Made by a program: the position numbers and the translations under genes. Shown in pieces: positions 1-22,940 of a DNA stretch of 64,000 bases. Location of the stretch: assembly GCA_012295275.1 (NCBI GenBank), contig CM022676.1:15748001-15812000 (forward strand), given 5' to 3'. How positions within the stretch are numbered: the first letter of the stretch is position 1; each line of letters begins with the position of its first letter. This DNA is from Chrysomallon squamiferum (Eukaryota; Animalia; Mollusca). A model generated the notes under the pieces. It was not told where the DNA came from. It saw only the letters and a list, made by a program, of their open reading frames with translations, and made no database searches.

Positions 1-151
1 CTCAATTTTGCTTTTATATTCCTTCTTAGGTGGCCATTAAAGCACCTTGTCACCCTAGACTAAGCCCTAATAAAACATCCAAAGTGTGTGAAGATGAGAG
101 CCCCGTGACTATAGTAATAATTGAAATAATAATAATAGTAAGAATAATAAC

Positions 152-186
<35 letters not shown>

Positions 187-1168
187 TATAGCGAGATTAT
201 GGTGAAATTATTTACACCTTTCGTTTGTTTAAGACTTGCTATGTAATTTTGTCTCGTATGACAAAGAATATCTAATATTATATATACCTTGTGTCTGTTT
301 CTAGTTCACAGATATAAACTCATCTATAAACACATAGTTATAAACCATCTCTGACAGATACTCAAACTCACATACACGTACTCACATACTCATGTCAGAT
401 ATATTTATTTTCAGAGAACGAGATACCAACCCCAGACAGAACAAATCACAGTTGTGAATCATAAAATGCTAAATAATGGTGAATAATTGTATGCTGCTTG
501 TTGAACTAACTTTTCTAATGGTATTTTATGGCGCAAGTCTTCACTGATAGTACAGAACATAAGAAATGTGTATGAGTTATACGTGTTGTATCCATTTCAT
601 ATGACTATATACATGTAAGTAAGTAGTATGTGTATGTATTTTGTATATATGTATGTATGCAAGATAATGTAAACTAATATAATGTATATCTATACATATA
701 TGTATGTCGATATGTGTTTATTTATATATGCTTATATGTGTGAGAGTGTGTGTATGTGTGAGTGTGAGTGTGTGTCTGTGTGTTTTTTTTCTACATATGT
801 ATGATTGCCTGGATATAGCTCTATGTTCTACGTGTATTTATCTGTGTTTCACTGTTTCTGACTGGTATACTTGTATGTAAGTATGTATGTCTATTTCTCT
901 GTCCGGGTGTGTCTCTGTGTATAACTGAAACTGAGTTTGAACTTCAGAGATGATGCAAGAGAGACAGAGAAAGTATAAGAGAGGAAGAAACATATATTTT
1001 CTTTTACTTAAATAAAGATAATTAGACCTGCAAGTATATCTGTATATTTCTCTCTTTTTCTCTATCTGAGAGAAAGTGTAACAGAGGAAGAAACAGATAG
1101 GGAAAAGAGAGAAAAAACGATGAACAGATGATAATAAATTATAAATAAATAATTAAAAATAATCTTAC

Positions 1169-1241
1169 CTGTAACAGATTTCGACAGGTAAAATATTCCT
1201 AATAAGAAAAAGTCCACACGGAATAAAACAGAAAATTTCAT
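1169..1241 (-). CDS. Signal-peptide leader exon (copy 1) of a secreted or membrane protein that probably continues beyond the left edge
   Basis: ATG...MKFSVLFRVDFFLLGIFYLSKSVT-G|GTAAGA; 73 nt, phase 1, typical of Ig/SRCR leader exons. Confidence 0.6.
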
Positions 1242-1621
1242 TTTTGTTTCTCACTGAAGCCCGCACCCTTGTTTCAGTAACAGATAACGAAACACGAGTC
1301 ACACACGTGTTCTGGTGTTTTCTCGAAGGTTTTCAGTGAAACGAATGACAACTGACACACCCTGTACTGTATCGTGTTCCTTGTTACCCAGTCAACTCAG
1401 TCCTTTCACCGTTGACAAAAGAGAAGACCTCTGTGTCGCATTTTAAATGATCTAAATATACCTTCCCACTGAGCAACTTAACCACATATGTCATAATGTC
1501 AACATGAAATGAATACTTTGATCTTCAAAATCACGTGTTTTTTAGGATTACGGAGTTGAATGAGAAACCCTTGCATACCCCTTATTTGGCCGAATAGCGT
1601 GTCACTCCATATACACACACA

Positions 1622-1671
<50 letters not shown>

Positions 1672-2221
1672 AAACAAAATTAAAATATTTTGATAATAGA
1701 AATATGTAATAAGAATACATGTCTATGTTTAGTTGCTGTACAAGAGATTTTAGTAAAAATGTTTATGTATGGAAAGCTAGATGTGTGGACAGACGGACCC
1801 ATGACGTCACTGTTCAAGTGTTTTCACACAGGTAAATATATAGAAAGACAGATACATGCCAATTTATTTGGCTATTTATTTATTTATTTATTTGTTTTTT
1901 TTTTTTGTTTGTCTGTTTAATTAGTTAGTTAGTTAGTAATCTATATATGTAATCTCAAGTCAGAGTGAAACATATCTCTTTCTACATGAACGATATCAGA
2001 AATCTAGTAAGGCAGGTCCGGTTACGTACAACATATTTTGCTGTTTGTTTTAAACTCTTTCACAAAGAGCAAGAAAGAAATAGTGAGTGTATTTCTTATA
2101 GGACATAGTGATTTATGGTGGTTTTAACATCTGTGTTCATTCTTCTGTACATGCTGCAGTTTCAACAACATATTACATTAAGTATGTGATTCTTGTTCAT
2201 CATCTTATTCTTTTTAATGCC

Positions 2222-2270
<49 letters not shown>

Positions 2271-2659
2271 TTTATTATTAATTTTATTATTGCTACTATT
2301 ATAGAATATATAAATATATCACACATAAATACATTCCGACACATACTCACAAATACACATTCTCGTATATACACACATACACATAGACATAAAACTGAAG
2401 CGATGTCACATAAAACCACTACAAACAAAGCTTCTGTAGGGCTCAACTTGTGCAGTCCAGTTAGAACAAAAATACCCATTTATGATATTTTCTTTTACTT
2501 AAATAAAAATAATTAGACCTGCAAGTATATCTGTATCTTTCTCTCTGTCTCAGTCTCACAGAAAGTGTAACAGAGGAAGAAACAGAAAGCGAAAAAGAGA
2601 GAAAAAAAGGATGAACAGAGGATAATACTTTATCAATAAACAATTAAAAATAATCTTAC

Positions 2660-2732
2660 CTGTAACAGATTTCGACAGGTAAAATATTCCTAATAAGAAA
2701 AAGTCCACACTCAATAAAACAGAAAATTTCAT
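2660..2732 (-). CDS. Signal-peptide leader exon (copy 2)
   Basis: MKFSVLLSVDFFLLGIFYLSKSVT-G|GTAAGA; lies within a duplicated block. Confidence 0.55.
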
Positions 2733-3002
2733 TTTTGTTTCTCACTGAAGCCCGCACCTTTGTTTCAGTAACAGATAACGAAACACGAGTCACACACGTG
2801 TTCTGGTGTTTTCTCGAAGGTTTTCAGTGAAGCGAATGACGACTGTCTCGCCCTATGCTGTGTCGTCTTCCTTTTTTACCCAGTCACCTCAGTCTTTTCA
2901 CCGCTCACAAAAGAGAATATTATTATTATTATTGTTATTATTATTATTATTTTCATTATTATTATTTGACACTATGACATAATACTAAAGTTTATTAAGT
3001 CT

Positions 3003-3227
3003 ACTTGAAGAAAAATGTACAACTATAAAAGAACCCGAACAAATACAAAAAAATCAAGATGGACGACGGAATATTTTTTACAGTGTGGATAAGGGAGAGA
3101 ACTCCGTGTCTCAGTGATGACGATTACGGTTAACCGTGGTACGAGTTTGATCTCGGTGGAGCCGGGGAGTTGTCAACATTTCTCGTGTCTGGAACTTCGA
3201 AAGAAAATGGAAGCTATAGCTCTAGAA
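3003..3227 (+). pseudogene. Degenerate internal fragment of the 9084 gene
   Basis: Colinear with about 9316-9539 (e.g. aagggagagaactccgtgtctcagtgatga...gtggtacgagtttgatctc...ggagccggggagttgtcaa...aagctatagctctagaa); GAA->TAA stop near 3131. Confidence 0.85.
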
Positions 3228-3279
3228 TGCTATAGCAACAACAACTATTACTGCTAAAATGAGTCCTACTATGGATAGA

Positions 3280-3318
<39 letters not shown>

Positions 3319-4843
3319 CAGAACAAAATTAAAATATTTTGATAATAGAAATATGTAATAACAATACATGTCTATGTTTAGTTGCTGTACAAGAGATTTC
3401 AGTAAAAAAATGTATTTATGGAAAACTGGATGTGTGGACAGACGGATGCATTACGTCACTGTTTCACGTTTTGATTTAAACAGATGCCGTTCTATGTGTT
3501 GTTATTAAAAACAGGTAGGCAGATATATATTAATTTATCTGGCTATTCATTTCTTTACTAATTTATTTATTTATTTATTTACTAATTTATGTATTTAATT
3601 AATTATTTATTCATTTGTTTATTTACTTATTTATTTGTTTATTCATTTATTTATGTATTTGTTTGTTTATTTATTTGATTATGTATTTATGTATTTATAT
3701 GTGTAACGTCAGGTCAGGATGACATATGTCTATGTACGCAAATGTTATCAAAAATCTAGCCAGACAGATCCAGTCACACACAAAATATTTTGCTGTTATT
3801 TTTAAAGTGCTTCATATAAGTGGGTTGTTGGACACAGAACAAGGAAGAACTACTAACTTTATTTATCTTAGGACGTAGTGAACTATGGTTTTCTTTCCGT
3901 CTCTGTTCATTTTTAAGTATCTCACGAATGTGATTTTTCTTCATCATCTACTTCTAATTTATGTAATTATTATTGTTGTTGTTGTTATTATTATTATTAG
4001 TAGTAGTAGTAGTAGTAGTAGCAGTAGTAGTATCATCATCGTCATCGTCGTTGTCATCATCACTGTTACCATTGTCGTCGTCATTATCCTCACCATCATC
4101 ATCATATAGCTGTAAGAACAATTACTGCTAATATTTTTTATATCGTTTTACTAGTTAATGTGGTTATTACCATTATTTTGGCACACGCAAACACACAGAC
4201 ATACACACATAAGTACTTTAAATTGTTCGACACGTGTAAATTCAATAATCGCGTAGTCAGCAGAACGGCGACGTTAAGTACAGAAACCAGACGAGCTGAA
4301 ATACGTGCACAACTACTAAACCGGTTTCTTGTCAGTGTGCGAGTGTCAGTTACAACTTCATTGTTCTGTATCAGTGATTTATTGTTGTTTTCTTTGGGGT
4401 TTTTTCTGTGTTTTTTACTCTTCTTTTTTTCTCTTTCATTTTCTTCTACTGTACGATAATTATGTTGTCATTCATTTTAGCCTCTGTGAATAATAAAAAC
4501 AAAATTACTATGACAACTCGAAAATGCGAAACCTATGACGTCAAAAAAACACACCAAATAATGAATTAAAACATGTTCACATTAAATTTGTAGACGAACC
4601 CAGTGCTCTCTAGTTAAACATCTCCTCCACACTAACAGTTCACGATTGTTATGACATCACAGTGGAGTGTTGTCATAGTGACGAACACTCCACTTTTAGC
4701 TGGAAGTATGGAAATAAAATGATCAGAAACAGTTCTGTCCTGACCCTTCGCAGTGTCAGTAAATCTGAGAGTGGTAAATAGTTTTACATGTACTGCAGAA
4801 ACCCAAGTTACAGTGGACGTCGTTTGTGAGTGTGATCGTGTTA

Positions 4844-4889
<46 letters not shown>

Positions 4890-5461
4890 AAAAACTATAA
4901 TTTTTATTCCCTTTATTTTTATTTATTTATTTTCTGTTTTAATATTTGTTCATTCATTCTGCTTATTTGTGTTAATATGCAGACGAAATAGTGATAGCAG
5001 TAGTAGTGATATTATTAGCAGCTGCAGCGGCGACAGCAGGGGTAGTTGTAGCAGTAGTAACAATAGAAGTAGTACTGCTAGCGGCAGTAGCAGAGTACGA
5101 GTAACAATATGCGTAATAGTAGTAGTTGCAACAGCAGTAGTAGTAGTAGTAGTAATATTAGTAGCAGTAACGGTAGCAATATTTGCAGTAACAGTGGTAG
5201 TAGTAGTAGTATATGTAGGAGTAATAGTAGTGGTAGTATAGTTGTAGGAGTAGTAATAGTGATAGTTATAGTAGTAAGAGGAATAGAAGGAGTAGAAAAT
5301 GCAATAGCAGAAGTAGTAGTACTAGTAGTAGTAGCAGCGGTACTAGAAATAATAACTGCGATAAAAGAAATAATAATAAAAATAATAAATAAATAATAAA
5401 TAAGTAAAAAAAAAACAAAAAGAAACGAAACGAAATGAAATGAGTGAAACGCTTATTTCAG

Positions 5462-6090
5462 ATGAGCCAAGCATCAAGTTAGCCACGGTAGAGTTTGACG
5501 AATTATCTCCCCTTACTGCCAGATGTGATGTTGAGAGTAATCCATAGTCTCGTGTGGAAATCACGAAACACGTACTTAGTGACAAACACATAGACAGATA
5601 TACAGATCTAACATATTAATAAGAGTGCAGTCTGAATTAGGTATTTATATGCAGAATATGTTTTTGTTAAAATATAAAAAAATAAAATAAAATTTCAATT
5701 ATATTTTTTTCTTACAGACTTTTGGGTATTGACAGAATGTAATCTACTTTTACCAAGTTAAATGAAAAAGTAAATTTTACATGTCTCGGGTTCGCCAAGA
5801 CTTGATATTCGAACCGATTATCAGAGAAGATTTGCTCCATCTAAAGGCGATCACGTCACACTTACAATACCAGGAAATGACAACCCAGTTCCTACGTTCA
5901 CTTGGTTCAGACAGACGGACGGAAGGATGACAGTTGTTGGTTCTGGTGGACTAGACTCACACACTGAAGCGACTGCTGTAGGAAAATACGATTTAAAAGT
6001 CTGTACAAGAGAAAGACTTTGGTGTGTATCACGTGACTGAGAATGGAGAAGATAGAGAAATTTGTGTTTAACTTTACACTGGTTCGAAAA
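5462..6090 (+). pseudogene. Decayed immunoglobulin-domain exons (three fragments)
   Basis: 5462-5571: EPSIKLATVEFDELSPLTARCDVESNP*SRVEI. 5720-5788: FWVLT..STFTKLNEKVNFTCL. About 5790-6090: SPRLDIRTDYQRRFAPSKGDHVTLTIPGNDNPVPTFTWFRQ...(frameshift)VQEKDFGVYHVTENG..FVFNFTLV. The first two follow AG acceptors. Confidence 0.8.
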
Positions 6091-7142
6091 TTTAACTTAG
6101 AATATTCATACTGTCTACTACTGCTGCTGCTGCTGCTACTATCCCAGCTACTACAACCATTATTACTAGTTTCACAATTTACTACTACTACTACTATTAC
6201 CATGCTATTGCTGTTACTGCTATTCATACACCTAAAATATTTAATAGTCTATTAAAATTAGTTTTACGAGTACTACTTCTGCTATTAGTACTATTATTAT
6301 TTATACTATCATTACCAATATTAAAACTACTAGAAACATTCTACTACTTCTATTGTTACTACTACTATTTACAACTACTAATATTACTAATATTAATATT
6401 AGTACTATCAGTTGTACTAGTAGTAGCAGCAGTAGCATTTTTGTCATTATTAATGCTCGTTTTCTTTTGTTGTGTTTTCTGTTTCTGTCTTATTTTCTTT
6501 CTTTCTGAATCATTAAATCTTTCTTTCAATGTTCCTACTTACCTATTTTTCCTGTTCGTTGGTATGTTTGTCTGTTTATTTCTATCCATTAATCTGTGCG
6601 AATGCGTTCTCGAATATTCTATGTGCAGAATCTAATCAGACGTAGATAGGTAATATTCAGATGATAAAATAGAATAAGTAAGTTAATACTGAATATTAAT
6701 TAATTTTAAAAAGAACAAATATTATATTTTTGAAGCGCATTAATATTACAGTAACTACAATATATAATATAAAATTTCCTTGAAATGTCAGTTTTATCAT
6801 GTAATTAAAATATACAAGATCATAACAATGTTAATTGTAATCATACAGCTTATGCTAATAAATCCATTGTCATTGTTATTATTGTGATGTTTGTTTTACT
6901 GAGATCTGGTTTTACAAAGCTAAACAACGTCTGATTTACAACGGTTAGTGAAATTAACTGAACAAAGAGATCAAAGAAATAATAAGTGTTGAGTTTTAAA
7001 ATATTTAATTAACATTAGTGAATGCTTCTTAAAACAATTAAGACGTGGGTTAATTGCTGTACTTCAAAAATCTGCAACATAAACAAAATACTGAACGGTA
7101 ATAATGTTTTTCTGATGTTACAACTTCTTTATTAAACACACT

Positions 7143-7224
7143 CACACACACACACACATACACATACATACATACATACATACATACATACATACATACA
7201 TACATACATACATACATACATACA

Positions 7225-7254
<30 letters not shown>
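7143..7254. repeat. (CA)n/(TACA)n microsatellite
   Basis: Tetranucleotide array. Confidence 0.9.
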
Positions 7255-7257
<3 letters not shown>

Positions 7258-7362
7258 TAAATAATATTCTTATTTTCCTTTGAACGATAGTTTTGGTTCT
7301 GTGCTGTCATTAAATAAAGAAAATCTTCTTCTCCTTCTTCCTCTCCTTCTAGCTGTTATTAT

Positions 7363-7421
<59 letters not shown>

Positions 7422-7739
7422 TGCGAATAACCTTTTCATTTAACAAAATAGTTCTTGAATTAAAGATTAACAAGTAGTAAAAAGGTGACACAAATTAGGT
7501 CATATCTAAGGCCTCGGTGTAAGAGTGTAAAAACTGCGAGAATTTGAAAAACACAAAGTGAGAATAACTAAACTCTTACAAAAACGTGTCAATTAACGAG
7601 CCACGTCACATCGTTTAATATCACTCGTTGTCTTTGACCTTCACCGAAATCACCTTTCATGTTCGCCGACATTTGTAAACGTAGAAAAAAGAAATGGCGA
7701 CGACGATATTCATGTGTAAATATACGAAGGTTACGTAAT

Positions 7740-7945
7740 GTTATTGTAGGCAGTGATTGGCTGGGTGTAAGTAAAGTTGGCTCTGATTGGTTGATTTCTA
7801 AAATAACAAGAAGTAAGTTTAAATATAAGTCTGAGAGTTAATTTTGATTGACAGTGATTGACACACAAGACTCAGTAAGTTTATTTGAGATTGAATGAAC
7901 TTATTTTTGACTGCACACGAAATACATTTATTCTTCTGATTTGAG
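7740..7945 (+). promoter_or_regulatory. Promoter and non-coding first exon of the 9084 gene
   Basis: Two inverted CCAAT boxes (GATTGG; ATTGG at 7756 and 7786, 30 bp apart), TTTAAATATAAG at 7818-7829, consensus donor GAG|GTAAGT at 7945/7946, and a long polypyrimidine acceptor at 8989. Confidence 0.6.
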
Positions 7946-8058
7946 GTAAGTCCAAATGATTTAGTTTTTCTTACTTAATGGAAAGGTAAGATTCTGTATA
8001 AATCTCTGCCTCCCTCTCTCTCCTTTTTCATCTTTTAATATACATCAACAGTACTTGT

Positions 8059-8131
<73 letters not shown>

Positions 8132-8576
8132 GAAAAGAAGAAGAAGAAGAAACCAAGAGCGACACTGAGAAGGATTTGATGTTAATGATACTGCTAGATG
8201 ATGTTTAAGAAAATTAAATAGTTACTTTTCCCATATTATTCCCACAATCACGAATCTTTTCGTATATATAAATATATTTAGCCTGAAACAAACAGAGAAA
8301 AGAAAAACAAGAACAGAAAACATATGATACATGCTGGTGTTAGTCGATAAAAGTATTTTCAGATTACACAAGTCAGACACTAGTCAGACTTTAGTCTGCT
8401 CAGTACCAGTTTAATACGCAGTAGACATTGGAATCACTTGAGTACGAATGCAAACAACTGATTGTTTTCTAATTAACTGCTACAAGCTTAAACGTGATGC
8501 TTATCTTTTCACTACTGTTTCTAAAATAATCCTCAATTCATAAAAACTAACAATATTTACTCAGTCAGAAAGAGAA

Positions 8577-8628
<52 letters not shown>

Positions 8629-9083
8629 TAAAATAAAACGAGGACAGACAAAATAATCCGATATTTTGAATTAATATTCGGATAAGAGAACTTATCAAAA
8701 TACACAACAGAAGAAGAAAATTTTTTAAATCTTTAATTAGGAAGTAACAGGTTGTGTATATTTTATATTTTACTTGGCTCCATTATTGGGTTTGCATAAG
8801 TAAATGTTCCGTGCACAGTTTCGAAAAGTAGTTTATCTAATTACTATTATTATTATAAGTAATAGTAGTATTATTATTAGTCGTAGTAGTAGTAGTAGTA
8901 GTAGTAGTAGTATTTAGTTATTTATATTATTTTTTTATTTTTTTTTTTTTTATTTTTTTTTTTTTTTTTATTTTTTTTTTATTTTACAGGTGTTGTTGTC
9001 CTTGTTATTACTATCATTAATTGGAATATAAAGATTTTGTATACATTACATTTTCTTCTTTTCAGCAGAAATACCGAAACAGA

Positions 9084-10266
9084 ATGTGGCGATGGATGAA
9101 GAAACGAAAAAATGTCAAAAAATCGAAATCGAAAGAAATTCTAAAGACTGCTGATCTAATTCCCAGCATCCTGGAAGAAGATCCTTATCATATATATGAC
9201 GTAATCGATGACGTCACAGATGAAGATTTGCTACCCAGTGCAAATAAAGAGAATTTGTGCAAAGTCAAAAAAAAATTGGGAAAAGGCAAAACAAAATATT
9301 AAAAGACAGACGCCCACTTGAAGAAAAATGTATAAATATAAAACAACGAGAACAAATACAAGGAAGTCAAGATGGACGGCAGAACATTCCTACAGTGTTG
9401 AGAAGGGAGAGAACTCCGTGTCTCAGTGATGAAGATTACGATGAACCGTGGTACGAGTTTGATCTCAGTGGAGCCGGGGAGTTGTCAAAATTTCTCGTGT
9501 CTGGATCGTCGAAAGAAAGCGGAAGCTATAGCTCTAGAAAAACTCAATTCTACAACGCCGCCTGGTGTAAGAAACGATCACTGAGAAAGTCTTTCAGACA
9601 AGATGCAAATGAATCCCAGAAGTCAATGATATTTCCACTTCGTAACAAAGTAAACACCTTCGAGAATGAATTTAACAGTAACAATCTCTCAGAGTTATCT
9701 ACCCCTGCTGATATAAAATCTGATATATTCTTTGTGTGTAAATCTAACCGCAGTTCACAGCGAACCAGTACTGCAGATGCAACAGACAGAACTAAACTAG
9801 AAAACGTAAACGACATTCTAGTTTGTCATCTTTTTCTAGCGGATTTGATGAATTTACTTCTAGCAGTTCCCTCTCTTCTGATACTTCAAGGATAAATTTA
9901 GAACCGGCTGTTTCTACATTGCACTCGGACAAGTGTGTTATTCGTAAAACAGGACCGAAACATTTGAATTCTACCTCCGAAAGAAAATTCCGCCCTAGTA
10001 CGTTAAATGTTAGTGAAGAATACGTTTATCCCGTTGACTCAGTCTACTATAGATGCCCTGAACTTCCTCCAGATTTCTCGATTGTGAAAGTAAAACAAGA
10101 AATAGTCCACGGTTCACAGAACAGGTGGAATACTAACTGTAGAAATTCTGGAAGGACCAGCTGGTCGGCGGTTCGACCCCCGATGTGGGCAAACTGTGAA
10201 AACAAAGTGCTAACTGATCTGATAAACTCTAACTACAATTTTCAAATGTTTGCTGGGTTTACGTGA
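9084..10266 (+). CDS. Uncharacterised protein of about 394 aa in a single coding exon, split over three frames by two -1 frameshifts (assembly error or recent pseudogene)
   Basis: ATG 9084 (MWRWMKKRK...EEDPYHIYDVIDD...NKENL) overlaps ORF 9257-9895, which overlaps ORF 9796-10266 (RKRKRHSSLSSFSSGFDE...RPPMWANCENK...FAGFT*). The sequence is non-repetitive and richer in GC than its flanks. Adding one A at 9267-9275 and one near 9794-9796 gives a single 1185-nt ORF. Splice acceptors at 8989 and 9065; AATAAA signals downstream. Confidence 0.7.
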
Positions 10267-10771
10267 CAGTTTACTAAAAATTCTGTCAAACTGAATGTTA
10301 GACAAGAAAAACTCTTTGCATCTACACAATCTTGTTTAAAATTTACTAATACAAAAATAAAAATTTAGCACAGCCTTATTTTATTCATTACTCAGTTAAT
10401 CTCTTCAAATATTCACAAATACTAATTAATCATTTAGTCGTGCGAGTATTTCATAATGTTCTGTCAGTCTCTCTAATTAATATGAAATGTTCGATAATTC
10501 ATCAGTATCTAGGATTAATAAAGAAAACGTTTATTAATCAATTAATCTAAATGGTAATAAGTAATAGCTCATGTTTATAAATCCGTTAATATCACAGAAT
10601 AATAAACAATATTTATTAATCGGTGAATCTGCAGGAATAAAGTCTTATGCTTAATAATATTTCAATATATAGGAATAGATATTAATTTGTAATCTTTTAC
10701 AATATTTCACGTGTATTTATTTATTTTTGTTTTTACTGATTTATTTACTTATTTATTTATTTATTTATTTA

Positions 10772-20789
<10,018 letters not shown>

Positions 20790-20870
20790 GTCGGAGTATA
20801 TCTGTATCACACAGATCTAAGTCTTTTCACAGTAGATTTGTAATACGGGTGCATACATCCAGTCCTAGAC

Positions 20871-20876
20871 TTTATA
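20871..20876 (-). promoter_or_regulatory. Candidate TATA box of CLCA
   Basis: TATAAA on the minus strand about 80 nt upstream of the ATG. Confidence 0.4.
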
Positions 20877-21521
20877 AAGCTTTTTAGTTCAAGTGGTAGA
20901 CTTGCTTCGGTAATTTGATAACATTATTCTTTTTGATCAGATATTGCCATATATTTATGAATGCATGTATATGTGTAAATTTTATTAATATCATAGTTAT
21001 CTTTACTTTATTTTTTTATTTTTTTTTTTTTTTTTGCTGTTGTTATTGTTGATGTCTTTGTTTTCGTCATGATACAAACACTTTTTACTACAGTCTATGT
21101 ATGATAGAGTGATAGAATGTACAAAGTACACTGAACTTGTTTTTAATCTTAAGTTACGTGAGGTCAGACTCATGTGATCTGTAGTTTTAAAGTACACACA
21201 CATACATCGTGATGTTTTATAACAAAGCAATAGTGGACCTGTGAATGAATGAATTTATGAATGAAAGAAAAACAGTCAATGAAAATTAATTTAATATATT
21301 GTTTACTTTTGCCCAATACAAATACTACCACTACTACTATTACTACTGCTACTACTTCTACTACTACTACTACTGTGAATGAATGAATTAAATGAATGAA
21401 ATAAAAACAGTTACGGAGGATTCATTGAATCCATTGTTTACTGCTGCCCAGTACAAATACTAGTACTACTATTTCTTCTTCTGATAGTAGTAGTAATAAA
21501 AATAACAGTAATAACAGTATT

Positions 21522-21594
<73 letters not shown>

Positions 21595-22323
21595 GTAATA
21601 ATAATAAAACGATAACGACAATGACTGCAATGTGGGCGACATTAACAAGAACAATAAAAACCTACAACATCAGCAGTAATCAAAAGTACAGAAGAAAGAC
21701 ACGTGCATTGCATGTTTCATTGTTGAATTCATTAGGAATATGACGTTGTCTGCTGTTTACTTCCACTGTTTGATCTGCATCTTTTCAGTTCCCACATTTA
21801 CTTCACATTTCTTCACGTTTGCTTTCCGTGATTGTCACAAACATACCGCGGTTTCATATCAACATCATGACGTCAGTGTTGCTGTCAGCAAGTCCGACGT
21901 CGTTTATGTTCATTATACCAGACAATCCGTCCGTCCATGTCCGATAATCTACGAGTGTGTTTATTTCGTCGTCGTCATCATCATCATCATTTCTTTATTA
22001 TTGTTTTTGCTGTCGTTATAATTGCATTACTTATCTGTGGGGCGTAAAGTTCTGTACAGACAAAAGGTGCTGCGCGTTTCGAAGAATTTCTCCTTTATCT
22101 CTTGAATTTGTGTGTAAAAGTAAGTAACGAAAACTGTGTAGGACCGCCTTAAAATCTCCGATAATAACTTAATCAGTTTCGTTCAACACTTAACAGCCTC
22201 TCACTTAAATTATAAACGTCATTTTAATATTTTAATATTTTTCTGATATCAGATTTTTCTAATTAAATAATTAATCTTCAGTCTCTAAAGAATTTTGTTC
22301 GTTCTTGTTGTTGATGTTGTTTA

Positions 22324-22363
<40 letters not shown>

Positions 22364-22747
22364 GTTGTTGTATAGATATATAGATAGATAGATAGTTATA
22401 AATGTAGATATACGGACGGATGTATAGATGCATACATAGGTAGGTACATATGTATTTACACAAATATTTTGTTTGATGCTGAAGTAATAACAAGATCACC
22501 AAAAGCAGTAATGATAATAATTAACACTACAATAATCTGAAAACTACAACAGAAACAATAAAACACAAACATCAAACACAAAATAATATGATTTGTTAAC
22601 ACATTTTTTGTTTGGTTTAATCTCTACGACAGCTTTCACGGTTTCATGTCGTTGGGACGGCCTGTATTATATTTTAGTTTCTGCTACAAGATGAAATCGT
22701 CTGAAATATTCATTATATCTAGTTACATTGTACTGATGCAAAGTGAA

Positions 22748-22940
<193 letters not shown>

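Larger units (their letters stand above)
1000..3465. repeat. Local tandem duplication (about 1000-1425 = 2492-2917; about 1612-1815 = 3281-3465)
   Basis: Near-identical blocks can be read directly, including the leader exon and its upstream region. Confidence 0.9.

Noticed and set aside
415-614. Plus-strand exon candidate with a signal-like peptide (MVNNCMLLVELTFLMVFYGASLH)
   Set aside because: In-frame stop well before the donor and no supporting downstream exon
9084-10266. Bearded-family (Notch antagonist) identity, suggested by the basic N-terminus, NxxN motifs and a CSL-type TTCCCACA at 8239-8246
   Set aside because: Lacks the Bearded G (GTFFWT) and D (DRW) motifs and is too long; one 8-mer site is expected by chance
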